Shown here: one piece after another, positions 30,501 to 40,050 of the stretch
Layout: every line of letters begins with the position of its first letter
Position numbering within the stretch: the first letter of the stretch is position 1
Origin: Mucilaginibacter sp.
Lineage (GTDB): Bacteria; Bacteroidota; Bacteroidia; Sphingobacteriales; Sphingobacteriaceae
Direction: 5' to 3'
DNA length: 64,000 nt
Assembly (NCBI GenBank): GCA_043739405.1
Contig: JAYUEE010000011.1
Span: forward strand, 36,708-100,707
The notes under the pieces: generated by a model
What the model was told of the DNA's origin: nothing
Databases searched by the model: none
Seen by the model: only the letters and a program-made list of their open reading frames with translations
Program-made: the position numbers and the translations under genes

Positions 30501-31437
30501 AATCAGCTTTGTAGCTAATGCCAAAACAAGCTTTAACAAAGCAGAAGATGCACATTACCACTCAGGCACAGGCAAAGTGAACCTGGCAAGTCTTTCAAGT
30601 GACAATCAGCCCCTGGCCATCAACCAGCTTCCCTTAGCTTTAAAGGGCGACACCATAAAGCTAAAGGTTGGCGCTACAGCAAGCGGTAATTATACGTTGA
30701 ATCTGAAATCGATAACAGGCATTCCGCAGATCTACGACGTGTGGCTTAAGGATGCACATACCAAAGATTCGGTTAATTTGCGTACCACCGCTACTTATAG
30801 CTTTACCATTAAGACCACCGACACCTCTACTTTCGGTTCAAATCGCTTTTCGCTGGTGATTGTACAGGACCCCGATTTGGCTTACAAACTATTAAGCTTT
30901 GATGCGGCAAAGGCCGGCAATAACGATAAACAGGTACAGGTAACCTGGAAAAGCATAAACGAACAAAACTATACACATTTCACTGTTGAGCGTAGTAACG
31001 ATAACGGGAAGACTTTTGATGTGATTGGCGGCATGCTTTCATCAAACGCCGGGACTTACTCTCTTTTGGATAAGAGCCCGCTGAAAGGCGCTAACCTGTA
31101 TCGTTTGAAACAGCTTGATTTTAACGATAACATCACCTATTCAAGTGTGGTGGAAGTTGCATTTAACGGCAACAATAATATAACCGGGCATTTAAGCTGT
31201 TACCCTAACCCAGCCTTTACTGTCATCCACTTAAGTTTTGACCCGAAAGACCCGGGGAAAACCAGTTACGATGTTAAAGTTACAAACAGCAGCGGCATGA
31301 TCGTCAGGTTCGCCGTGATAACCGAACCTAACTGGCAGGCAAGTGTAAGCAATCTGCTTACCGGTACGTACCTGATACAGGTAACGGACAAGAAAGATGG
31401 CAGCGTAATTGGACAGACAAAATTTGTGAAACTATAA
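27550..31437 (+). CDS. Giant T9SS-sorted surface protein, paralog 1 (PATR-like beta-solenoid head + conserved tail + type A CTD)
   Basis: 1295 aa. Signal peptide ...SYA/Q. N-terminal YDWLG...WTNVKNW motif. About 20-aa repeats such as TFTGAVTNTGTINQT. The conserved tail starts at VTVQRY (nt 29581). The CTD reads CYPNPAF...GTYLIQV...KFVKL. Confidence 0.85.
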   Translation: MKILKIHLLHILFTTSLLCLFGMNSYAQTTYDWLGTGAPGNRQDWTNVKNWRSTTGGVTTNPATTYPGQSGSTDIVNIGVNVTFHAVGLQPVINTGATINIASLNMGDNMVTVGNQWSIILTINGTLNITGAFTQMHSTVGTAGSGNTAVTRPIQNYLIGSGTMTCGSIVMGDNTVPAASNVVNATGFKMGSNGAGGSTLTVIDNGDFILNSPGSKDASNNILSESFSEFSFAAGTLSITGQIKITDIAAPYVVPSPSVIYTPLAWFSMDLFANADSPVLNLYNASPLSIQTGNNRNSVDFYNINASGGTGTSTVNYAGTGATQDIPVYKNNGTVYSFVETNPSVYQNVTFSGAGTKSVSASASSGTFSVAGNFTLAAGTETVNVSTNTPILTIGGNYSSASGTNLIKSDAAALTIPGTTTNGGTFTHSGGAAITFTGAFTNTATGIYNQTGSGTVTASSTTSNAGTYNQSGTALATFTGAVTNTGTINQTNTGNILFSAAFTNSGSGSVLSQTGGATINFANTASNDGTITQNNASGIFNFNNTFSNTLSGSKFTLTTGTSNFLNSYSNSGTFRQTGGTVNFNQPTSQSLTDNSTSSPGTSLTAAFGGTTFSNVNMKNGGTIAMSGTGRFYISDAGFLNMSNNTTLAAGGVLTLISDASGSATVPAIPTGCSITGNVTVQRYISANRAYRLISSPVFAGNDGTNNYYSVNYLLTNSVVTGDGGGPFSKAGNPTLYLWRENIVPQNTSFFSGNFRGVANISSPASYGMDDAAYPTTNIPVGNGYLFYYRGSIKQASLAALTTAGAAATTDTLNATGTLNQGNITVHDWYTPASANLGWTTTNAGNASIQGINLVGNPYASAIDWDKIDSVSSAGAIYTQNVAPFSYQLVPSGLQGSGNYNVYRAGSGGIGTQGTANSNIIPSGEGFLIQAENASASITFSEAAKLNTVVTGSSLYLAKKIPSVTQPQFLRLQLSMDSINTDGTIISFVANAKTSFNKAEDAHYHSGTGKVNLASLSSDNQPLAINQLPLALKGDTIKLKVGATASGNYTLNLKSITGIPQIYDVWLKDAHTKDSVNLRTTATYSFTIKTTDTSTFGSNRFSLVIVQDPDLAYKLLSFDAAKAGNNDKQVQVTWKSINEQNYTHFTVERSNDNGKTFDVIGGMLSSNAGTYSLLDKSPLKGANLYRLKQLDFNDNITYSSVVEVAFNGNNNITGHLSCYPNPAFTVIHLSFDPKDPGKTSYDVKVTNSSGMIVRFAVITEPNWQASVSNLLTGTYLIQVTDKKDGSVIGQTKFVKL

Positions 31438-31477
31438 CCGTAAGAACCCAAAAACAATTTAATTACTATACCAGATC

Positions 31478-31509
31478 AGGCCGGCTTGAGGAATCAGGCC
31501 GGCTTTTTT
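31478..31509 (+). terminator. Rho-independent terminator after paralog 1
   Basis: AGGCCGGC - TTGAGGAATCAG - GCCGGCTT followed by a T-run. It is homologous to the terminator after paralog 2. Confidence 0.65.
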
Positions 31510-31613
31510 ATAGGCAGCCATTAGGGATATAAAGTTTACGGTAAATAATATCGTTTAATACGCTTCAAAAAAACGTCACTATGTCCTGCTAAACAACACC
31601 TTATACTTTAAAA

Positions 31614-31647
31614 ACGTGGGAAAACTTACCCAATATGGGGGAATATT
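31614..31647 (+). promoter_or_regulatory. Conserved upstream boxes ACGTGGGAAAACTT ... GGGGGAATATT, ~223 nt before paralog 2
   Basis: Aligns with 27335-27367. The offset from ACGTGGG to the AATATT core is 28 nt here and 27 nt there. Confidence 0.45.
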
Positions 31648-31836
31648 GACACAGCAATAATACTTCAAGTGGCGGTTTTTAGAAAAAACGAAAAACTTTT
31701 AGTTTTTTTTCTTACGTCCCTGCTTTAGAAATAGATAAAATCCTAATAATTAAATATTTCCGGCGATTACTTGCATGATTTTTGTCGTATACGTTGGCCC
31801 TCTACGGCCCATTCAGTAAAAGCAGTCATATACCCT

Positions 31837-34800
31837 ATGAAAATATTGGTAAAACTTGTACGCTTTATATTTCTTATAAGTGTTCTGGTATGCCTTTTCG
31901 GAATTAACAGCTATAGCCAAACCGTTTATGATTGGACGGGTCTGATAAATACTAATTGGACAAACGTCGGTAACTGGCAGGTAGGGGGTGTTGCAGCAAC
32001 TGTCTACCCCGGACAAACGTCTTCAACAGATATCGCTGATTTCGGTGTTAACCACAGCTATTTCGGTCATAATCAGCCTGTAATAAATAGCGGTAACAAT
32101 ATTACCATAGCTTCGCTAAATATGGGCGATAATGGCTGGCAGGATCTGCTTTCGACAACACCCCAACCAGGCAGAACAGGTAGTACCGGTTACGAAATGA
32201 ATTTGAGAGTAAATGGCATCCTTACCATCACCGGTACATTTACACAAATACATAGCACCCAGGGTATAGCTTTATCGGGCGAACAAGTTAACGACGGCTC
32301 AAATGCACCTTACACTTACAGTATTCAGAATGCCCTGGTTGGTTCGGGCATCATTAACTGCGGCTCCTTTACAGTCGGAGATGGTACCACACCTGCAAAT
32401 AACTATGTTATCGGCATTACCCGGGTTAAGGTAGGCTCAGCCTCTACATTTACCATAAATATTGCAGGCGACCTCACGTGCTATACCCCGATAAGGGGCG
32501 ATGGTACCGGCGCCAATAACATCATCAGCGAAAATTTTGCTGAACTTTCATTTGTTGGTGGTACGATCAATCTCAGCGGCCAGTTAAAATTAATGGAAAG
32601 CACGACCGCATTTACTGCCCAATGGACACCACAATATTCCCCTTTGGCGTCTTATTCGATGGACCTTTTTAAGACCGCCGATAGCCCCACCATTAATTTT
32701 TTTAATGCCACCCCGGTATCCATCCAAATCGGGGCAGTCAGAAATGGCTGTGACTTTTATAATATAGTTACTACTGGGGGTACGGGTACAACAAATGTTA
32801 ACTACGTTAATACAGGTGTGGCACAGGATGTGCCTATTTACCGAACAGGGGGAACGATTTATAATTTTATTGACCACACCCCCTCTGTTTATAATAATGT
32901 TGGTTTTGGCGGAAATGGAACGAAATCAGTGTCCCCTACGAATGGCACGTTTTCAGTAAATGGCCAGTTGATCGGTTCGACACTTTACGGCGGCAACTTT
33001 ACACTGGCGGCCGGTAATGAAATCGTTGACATTTCAACAAATAATCCCATATTAACAATCGGGCAAAATTATTCATCCGGTACCGGAAGCACACTCACCA
33101 AGAGCAACACATCGGCTTTAACCATACCGGGCACTACCAACAACGGTGGTACTTTTAACCATTCCGGCAACGCGACAATTACGCTTACCGGGGCATTCAA
33201 CAATTCGGGCGTTTATAATCAAACAGGCGGAGGAGCCGTTACCGCAAACAGCACAACAAATAATACGGGCATTTATAACCAATCGGGCACGGGGCAGCTC
33301 ACTTTTACCGGCGCGGTCACCAATATAAATACCATCAATCAAACCAGCAGCGGCAACATCCTGTTCAGCAATACATTTTACAATTCAGGTTCATCTTCCT
33401 CGTTCTCACAAACGGGTGGCGGAACTTCAACCTTTACCGGCGCGGTTACCAATGACGGGCAAATAAGTCAAAACGGTACCGGCGTGCTTACCTTTAACAA
33501 CACCTTTAGTAATACCCTTGGCGGCTCGGCATTTAGTGTCAGTTCAGGCATCACTAACTTTAATAACACCTATACCAATAATGGTACGTTTACCCAAACC
33601 GGCGGAACGGTTAATATAAATCAATCCGGCGCGCAAAGCTTGATCGACAACAGCGCTGGTGGTACTACTTTCAGTAATGTCTTCTTTCAAAACGGCGGTA
33701 CAAAAACGCTGTCAGGCATAGGCGGTTTTTTTATCTCGGATATTGGTGTGCTCAATATGGCTGCTAGTACTACCCTTGCATCAGGCGATATTTTGACTAT
33801 TAACTCTGACGTCGACGGGTCTGGCACGGTAGCAGCGATACCATCGGGCTGCAGTATTACGGGTAATGTAACTGTACAGCGTTATATATCAGCAAACAGG
33901 GCCTATCGTTTAATGTCTTCGCCGGTTTTTGCAGCTAATGACGGTACAAACAATTATTACAGTATAAATTATTTGCTTGCCAATACGGTTATAGAAGGTG
34001 ACGGAGGCGGGCCCTATACCAAACCAGGGAATCCTACTCTTTATTTATGGCGCGAAAATATTGTGCCGCAATACACCACTTTCCTTAATAGTAATTACAG
34101 GGGCATCAGCGATATTAGTGACCCTGCCTCTTATGGTATGGATGATGCCGCGTACCCTACGACCAACATCCCGGTAGGTAACGGTTATTTATTCTTTTAT
34201 CGCGGCAGTACCAACCAGGCCAGCGTTGCAGATCTGACCATCCCCGGAGCACCCTCGACAACCGATACCTTAAGTGCTGTGGGGACTTTGAACCAGGGCA
34301 ATGTAACTGTGCACGACTGGTATACCCCGGGATCAGCCAACCTCGGCTGGACAACCACAAATGCCGGCAATGCTTCGGTACAGGGAATTAACCTGATGGG
34401 TAACCCGTATGCAAGCTCTATCGACTGGGATAAAATAGACTCTGTTGTCAGTACCGGCCCAATATACGTACAGCACCTTGCTCCATTCAGCTACCAGCTT
34501 ATACCAACTGGCCTCCAGGGGGCCGGAAACTATAATGTTTACCAGGCCGGCACTGGCGGTGTTGGCACAGTAGGCACGGCCAACAGTAACATAATAGCCA
34601 GCGGCGAGGGATTCTTAGTCCAGGCCCTTAGCGCATCCGCTTCGATAACTTTCAGCGAATTAGCAAAATCAAATACGGTAGTCACAGGCGCCAATTTGTA
34701 TATGGCCAAAAAAATGCCGGCTGCTAACCCACCTCAATTCTTGCGGTTGCAACTGGCAAAGGATAGTATAAACACCGATGGTATTATAATTCGCTTTGCG

Positions 34801-35721
34801 CCTAACACACAATCGAAATTTAATCCTGCCGAGGACGCGCACTACCATAAAGGTTTAGGTAAAGTGAGCCTGGCAAGTCTTTCCAGTGACGACCAGCCGC
34901 TCGCCATCAACCAGCTTCCTTTAGCGTTAAAGGGCGATACGATAAAGCTTAATGTCGGTGCCAGGGCAAACGGTAATTATACTCTAAATCTGAAATCAAT
35001 AACCGGGGTGCCTCAAATCTATGCCGTTTGGCTTAAAGATGCGCACAACAAAGATTTGGTGAATATGCGCACGACCGCGTCTTACAGCTTTGCCATCGAT
35101 ACTGCTGATACAACCACTTTTGGTTCCAGCCGATTTTCGCTGATGATCCTGCAGGACCCTGCTTTGGCTTACAAATTATTAAGCTTTGATGCGACAAAGG
35201 CCGGCAACGACAATAAACAGGTGCAATTAACCTGGAAAACCAAAAACGAAGAAAATTATACGAATTTCACCGTTGAACGCAGCAACGATAATGGGAAACA
35301 TTTTGATATCGTCGGCGGCATGCTTTCATCCGGCGTTGGTTCTTACAGCTTGGTGGACAAAGATCCGCTAAAAGGCCACAACCTGTATCGTTTAAAACAA
35401 TTGGATTTTAACAATACCGCCACCTATTCCAACCTAGTTGAAATTGACTTTAATGGCAACAACGATAGCGGACATTTAAGCTGTTATCCCAACCCTGCCT
35501 TTAGCGACATTCATTTAAGTTTTGACCCTAAAGTACCGGGGAAAACCAGTTACGATGTTAAAGTGACAAATAGCAGCGGCATGATCGTAAGGTACGCCGT
35601 AATAACCGAACCAGATTGGCAGGCAAATGTAAGTAACCTGCTTACCGGCACCTACCTGATACAAGTGACCGATAAGAAAGACAATAGTGTGGTGGGACAG
35701 GCTAAATTTGTAAAACTGTAA
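31837..35721 (+). CDS. Giant T9SS-sorted surface protein, paralog 2
   Basis: The listed ORF begins at TTG 31771. I start at ATG 31837 (MKILVKLVRFIFLISVLVCLFGINSYS/Q), which aligns with the paralog 1 N-terminus. 1294 aa. The tail starts at VTVQRY (nt 33868) and the CTD ends KFVKL. Confidence 0.85.
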   Translation: MKILVKLVRFIFLISVLVCLFGINSYSQTVYDWTGLINTNWTNVGNWQVGGVAATVYPGQTSSTDIADFGVNHSYFGHNQPVINSGNNITIASLNMGDNGWQDLLSTTPQPGRTGSTGYEMNLRVNGILTITGTFTQIHSTQGIALSGEQVNDGSNAPYTYSIQNALVGSGIINCGSFTVGDGTTPANNYVIGITRVKVGSASTFTINIAGDLTCYTPIRGDGTGANNIISENFAELSFVGGTINLSGQLKLMESTTAFTAQWTPQYSPLASYSMDLFKTADSPTINFFNATPVSIQIGAVRNGCDFYNIVTTGGTGTTNVNYVNTGVAQDVPIYRTGGTIYNFIDHTPSVYNNVGFGGNGTKSVSPTNGTFSVNGQLIGSTLYGGNFTLAAGNEIVDISTNNPILTIGQNYSSGTGSTLTKSNTSALTIPGTTNNGGTFNHSGNATITLTGAFNNSGVYNQTGGGAVTANSTTNNTGIYNQSGTGQLTFTGAVTNINTINQTSSGNILFSNTFYNSGSSSSFSQTGGGTSTFTGAVTNDGQISQNGTGVLTFNNTFSNTLGGSAFSVSSGITNFNNTYTNNGTFTQTGGTVNINQSGAQSLIDNSAGGTTFSNVFFQNGGTKTLSGIGGFFISDIGVLNMAASTTLASGDILTINSDVDGSGTVAAIPSGCSITGNVTVQRYISANRAYRLMSSPVFAANDGTNNYYSINYLLANTVIEGDGGGPYTKPGNPTLYLWRENIVPQYTTFLNSNYRGISDISDPASYGMDDAAYPTTNIPVGNGYLFFYRGSTNQASVADLTIPGAPSTTDTLSAVGTLNQGNVTVHDWYTPGSANLGWTTTNAGNASVQGINLMGNPYASSIDWDKIDSVVSTGPIYVQHLAPFSYQLIPTGLQGAGNYNVYQAGTGGVGTVGTANSNIIASGEGFLVQALSASASITFSELAKSNTVVTGANLYMAKKMPAANPPQFLRLQLAKDSINTDGIIIRFAPNTQSKFNPAEDAHYHKGLGKVSLASLSSDDQPLAINQLPLALKGDTIKLNVGARANGNYTLNLKSITGVPQIYAVWLKDAHNKDLVNMRTTASYSFAIDTADTTTFGSSRFSLMILQDPALAYKLLSFDATKAGNDNKQVQLTWKTKNEENYTNFTVERSNDNGKHFDIVGGMLSSGVGSYSLVDKDPLKGHNLYRLKQLDFNNTATYSNLVEIDFNGNNDSGHLSCYPNPAFSDIHLSFDPKVPGKTSYDVKVTNSSGMIVRYAVITEPDWQANVSNLLTGTYLIQVTDKKDNSVVGQAKFVKL

Positions 35722-35761
35722 CCGCGAATAATCAGAAACAATCTAATTGCCATAACGGGTT

Positions 35762-35792
35762 GGCCGACTTGAGAAATCAGGTCGGCCTTTTT
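35762..35792 (+). terminator. Rho-independent terminator after paralog 2
   Basis: GGCCGAC - TTGAGAAATCAG - GTCGGCC followed by TTTTT. The loop matches the paralog 1 terminator and the stem differs by a compensatory pair. Confidence 0.7.
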
Positions 35793-36123
35793 GTGCTTCT
35801 TCTATCGCAATAATTAATGCCTAAAAGGTTAGTTAAATAAAACCGATCTATGTATATTTCTCAACATTTTAACATTTGTCGTAGTGATGGTATTCTCCTT
35901 TCGGGAATCTTACCAACCCTCGCTATTAATTAATAATTACCAATATTAATCAATGAATATTATATTAATTATTAATACATAATTACAATTATTATTTAAT
36001 TATAACGAAATATATAATTGCAACTTAGCTACTTATGTTTCCGTAAAACACTATTTTCAATAGTTTAAAGCAAAAATTTCTCAAAAAAAAATCCTTAACT
36101 TCGACTTTAAATACCAAAAAACC

Positions 36124-39100
36124 GTGCTGTTTTCGAAAAAGATATTGTTGTATTTTGGGGCCATATTTACCGTAAATTCTGGTATTTTCTCCGCTTCGGC
36201 GCAGGCCCCTGCTATTTCTTATAGCACACCAACTAATGTATATACTACCGGTGTTGCTATCACTGCATTAACCCCAACCAATACTGGCGGGGCGGTGCCA
36301 GCAACCGTCTATGGCACCGTTTCAACTTATGCCGGGAGTACTGCAGGTACAGCCGGCACCACAAATGCGTCAGGTACTGCTGCGCGGTTCAATTCGCCAA
36401 GGTGGGTAACATTTGATGGATCAGGTAATATGTTCGTGACTGATGCCGCCAACCAGGAAGTGAGGAAAATAGTTGTCTCGACAGCGGCCGTAACATTACT
36501 TGCCGGAAGCACTACCGGCGTTACGGGAACGACCAATGCCACCGGATCAGCCGCCCTTTTCAATGGACCTTATGCCTGCACAGATGATGGCGCAGGAAAC
36601 TTATATGTAGCTGATTTTACCAATAACGAAATACGAAAGATAGTTGAATCCACAGGAGCTGTAACCTTATTTGCAGGTAGCCCAACCAGCGCATCGGGTA
36701 CAACTAACGCCACAGGGAACGCCGCGCTTTTTTTCAACCCGGCTGGTATCGTATATGACCCGGTAAATAACGTTTTTTACATAAGTGACTTTAGCAATAA
36801 CCAGATCAGGAAAATGACGACGGCCGGTGTTGTGACATTATTTGCTGGCAGTGCCGCAGGTACTGCCGGTTCAGCAGACGGAACCGGTTCGGCGGCTACA
36901 TTCACCGGTCCAAACGGTATAGCAGTGGATGCTTCGGGCAATGTATATGTTGCTGACCAAAACAACAATGAGATCAGGAAGATAACTCCTCTCGGCGCAG
37001 TAACAACTTTTGCGGGCAATACGACAGCTGGTTCAGCGGACGGCACGGGAACCGCAGCATCTTTCACTACTCCAAGGGGGATTTGCGTAGATATTTCAGG
37101 AAATCTTTATGTCACCGACAGTGGCAATGACCTCATTAGGATGATTACGCCAGCAGCGGTGGTAACTACCGTGGCTGGAACAGGGGCCTCAGGGTACGTG
37201 AACGGTGTTGGTACGGTAGCGTCATTCAATGCGAGCAGGGGGATTGCAGTGGACCAATCTTCAGGGCATATTTATATATCGGACTACAGTAATAACGCTA
37301 TCAGGAAGATGATAGGCACCGGTTACAGCATATATCCTACTACTTTACCCACAGGCCTAACCTTTAACAGCACCACAGGTGTCATATCAGGTACGCCTAC
37401 TGCAACACAAGCTGCTACCACATATACCATAACTGGATTTAACGTTTCCGGCAGCAGCAGCACTACCGTAAGCATAGCTGTCGGGCAAACCGTGGCATGG
37501 ACAGGAGGCGCCAATTCGACTGCCTGGGCAACCGGTGGTAATTGGAGCACAGGGTCACAACCGGGCGTAAATGATGCTGTAAGTATAGGGGTTTCAAATT
37601 ATACAAAAAATGTGCAGCCGTCTATAACCGCTGCAAATGTCATTATAAATTCATTAACCTTAAGCAATGCGCACAGTGTTACTTTAACAGTAACGTCGCC
37701 GAGAACGTTGACGATTAATTCTGCGTTGACAGTTAGCGCAGGTACAGAAACTATAACGGGAACAGGCGCGGTTAATATCGCTCCGGGAGGGGTAGTTAAT
37801 ATACCAGGAACAGCATTAAATCTCACGCTGACAGGCCTTTTCACGCTGCAGTCCAGTGCTGCGGGCGATGCTTCAATCGGGCAGATCACAGCTACATCAA
37901 TTACAGGAAGCACAGCTAGTTCAATTAATGTACAGCGTTACTTAACCGGTGGGGCCTCCAAATACCGCGGGTTTCGTTTAATATCTTCTCCTGTGACTTC
38001 AGGGAGCGGCGATTACACCATAAACTACTTGAAAAATTCAATTTATATTACATCCACCATTACTACCGGTGGATTTGATAATGTGGTTGCGGCTAATCCA
38101 ACCATATACCTATACCGGGAAAATCTGACTACTCCTTCAAACACCACGTTTACAGGCAGTAATTTCAGGGCGGTTACCAATATAACCACAAGCCCGCTTT
38201 ACGGCGTGAGTGATGCCACGTACCCAACAACCAATATCCCTGTCGGCAACGGGTTTTTATGTTTTTTCAGAGGCGACAGGAATATTGGGCAGACTTTCGC
38301 CCAGGAAACAGTTACAACATATGTTCCTACCAGCACCACGCTGACTACCAGCGGCACTTTAAATATTGGGAATATTACTGTTAAAGACTGGTTTACTCCT
38401 GGATTATCAAACCTTAGTTACACGGCTGCTTCGCCATATGCTGGTTTCAACCTGGTAGGTAATCCCTATGCTTCACCCATTAACTGGGATACATTCCAGG
38501 GCACCTCAATAGCGACCGGTGGCATATATGGTACTTTTATAAATAATAATACAATGTATATTCTTGATCCCTCCAGCCATAATTATGGCGCTTATAAAGC
38601 GGGTTCAGGAGGTGTTGGGACAAACAACGCAACAAATATCATATCCAGCGGTCAAGGCTTTTTTGTTAAAGCGACGAGCACATCGGCGCAGTTGGTCTTT
38701 ACCGAATCGGCTAAAACAACTACTCAAAATACCGGTAGTAATTTAACTATGGGACGGCCCGTCAACTTGGCCAGCAATCAATATTTCCGTTTAAAATTAG
38801 CTAAAGATTCTGTCAATGTTGATGAAACAATGGTTCGTTTTAATAACCAGGCTACTACGAATTTTGATGAAACGCTTTACGCCGTTTACCGCCAGGGATA
38901 TGGTAGTGTAAGTTTATCCGGGCTGACAAGTGACAAGGTTAACTTTGCAATTGGCACTATACCGTTACCAAAGCAACAATCCGAAACCCTCGGGCTAAAT
39001 GTAAATGCCAATACTGACGGCATATATAGCCTAACCTTAAAAGACATTACCGCTGTACCACGCCTTTATGATGTATGGCTGATGGACGCCTACAAAAAGG

Positions 39101-39774
39101 ATTCACTGGAGATGCGGCAAAACAAAACTTATAACTTTAACATATATAAAAGCGACAGCGCAAGTTTTGGCCCTAAACGTTTTAGCCTGGTTATAAGGCA
39201 AAATACTGCTTACGCTTACCGGTTGCTAAGTTTTGCAGCCGCAAAAATACCTGTTGCCAGGCAAGTACAAATTACCTGGAACGCCGTTAACGAAGAGAAT
39301 TATACCAATTTTACGGTGGAGCGGAGTATTGATGGCGGTAAAACTTTTAATGTGCTGGGAGGCATAACTGCAACAGGAGCGAGCGAGTACACCATGACAG
39401 ATAAAAGTCCAGTATTAGGTCAAAACCTATATCGCCTTAAACAGGAAGACATCAATGGCACAATTACCTATTCAAGTGTTGTCAACATACAGTATTCTGA
39501 TCTAAGTAACAGTCTTGTCAGCAATAGACTTAGCATTTATCCAAACCCGGTAATTAATAATATAAGCCTTACTATCGCTGAGCAGGCGCCCGACAATACC
39601 TCTTATAATATCAAATTTATGAACAGCTCTGGTATTGTAATAAAACAGGTTTCATCGGCGCAACCAACCTGGCAGGGCAATGTTAGCAGCCTGCAACCAG
39701 GCACTTATATCGTACAAGTTTTGAACGGTAAAAATGAAACACTAATCGGTCAAACGAAATTCGTAAAGTTGTAA
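36124..39774 (+). CDS. Giant T9SS-sorted surface protein, paralog 3 (six NHL repeats + short head + conserved tail + type A CTD)
   Basis: 1216 aa. GTG start, with no in-frame ATG upstream. Signal peptide ...SASA/QA. Six repeats end in N(Q/N)E(V/I)RK(I/M). The tail starts at INVQRY (nt 37924). The CTD reads IYPNPV...GTYIVQV...KFVKL. Confidence 0.8.
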   Translation: MLFSKKILLYFGAIFTVNSGIFSASAQAPAISYSTPTNVYTTGVAITALTPTNTGGAVPATVYGTVSTYAGSTAGTAGTTNASGTAARFNSPRWVTFDGSGNMFVTDAANQEVRKIVVSTAAVTLLAGSTTGVTGTTNATGSAALFNGPYACTDDGAGNLYVADFTNNEIRKIVESTGAVTLFAGSPTSASGTTNATGNAALFFNPAGIVYDPVNNVFYISDFSNNQIRKMTTAGVVTLFAGSAAGTAGSADGTGSAATFTGPNGIAVDASGNVYVADQNNNEIRKITPLGAVTTFAGNTTAGSADGTGTAASFTTPRGICVDISGNLYVTDSGNDLIRMITPAAVVTTVAGTGASGYVNGVGTVASFNASRGIAVDQSSGHIYISDYSNNAIRKMIGTGYSIYPTTLPTGLTFNSTTGVISGTPTATQAATTYTITGFNVSGSSSTTVSIAVGQTVAWTGGANSTAWATGGNWSTGSQPGVNDAVSIGVSNYTKNVQPSITAANVIINSLTLSNAHSVTLTVTSPRTLTINSALTVSAGTETITGTGAVNIAPGGVVNIPGTALNLTLTGLFTLQSSAAGDASIGQITATSITGSTASSINVQRYLTGGASKYRGFRLISSPVTSGSGDYTINYLKNSIYITSTITTGGFDNVVAANPTIYLYRENLTTPSNTTFTGSNFRAVTNITTSPLYGVSDATYPTTNIPVGNGFLCFFRGDRNIGQTFAQETVTTYVPTSTTLTTSGTLNIGNITVKDWFTPGLSNLSYTAASPYAGFNLVGNPYASPINWDTFQGTSIATGGIYGTFINNNTMYILDPSSHNYGAYKAGSGGVGTNNATNIISSGQGFFVKATSTSAQLVFTESAKTTTQNTGSNLTMGRPVNLASNQYFRLKLAKDSVNVDETMVRFNNQATTNFDETLYAVYRQGYGSVSLSGLTSDKVNFAIGTIPLPKQQSETLGLNVNANTDGIYSLTLKDITAVPRLYDVWLMDAYKKDSLEMRQNKTYNFNIYKSDSASFGPKRFSLVIRQNTAYAYRLLSFAAAKIPVARQVQITWNAVNEENYTNFTVERSIDGGKTFNVLGGITATGASEYTMTDKSPVLGQNLYRLKQEDINGTITYSSVVNIQYSDLSNSLVSNRLSIYPNPVINNISLTIAEQAPDNTSYNIKFMNSSGIVIKQVSSAQPTWQGNVSSLQPGTYIVQVLNGKNETLIGQTKFVKL

Positions 39775-40050
39775 TATTTTTCCCCTATTTACTGATAAAT
39801 CGGAACGTTTTTGAACTCTATTTTCAAGATTTAAGCGATAAATCCTTCCTGAATTTTCAATCATGGTCCGGCTTGAGCCCTGGTGAAAAATAGTCGCTTT
39901 TTTTCTCATTTTTTTACAAAATCATAACGTGCTGTATATCAGCCAGCAACCAAAACTCATTTAATGTAATCCGCGTGTTTTAGGTCTTTTCACACTGAAC
40001 CTAATTAAAAAATCGCCGTAAAAGATTAGCTAAAGTGCTGATAATCTACT

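Noticed and set aside
31771-31836. A TTG-initiated 22-codon extension of paralog 2.
   Set aside because: The ATG at 31837 gives MKILVKLV..., which aligns residue for residue with the paralog 1 signal peptide. The extension has no signal-peptide character.
27550-36124. Exactly equal start-to-start spacing of 4287 nt between paralogs 1-2 and 2-3.
   Set aside because: It is probably coincidence. Gene and spacer lengths differ (3888+399 versus 3885+402), and the heads contain several non-matching indels. The spacing from paralog 3 to 4 is 3927 nt.
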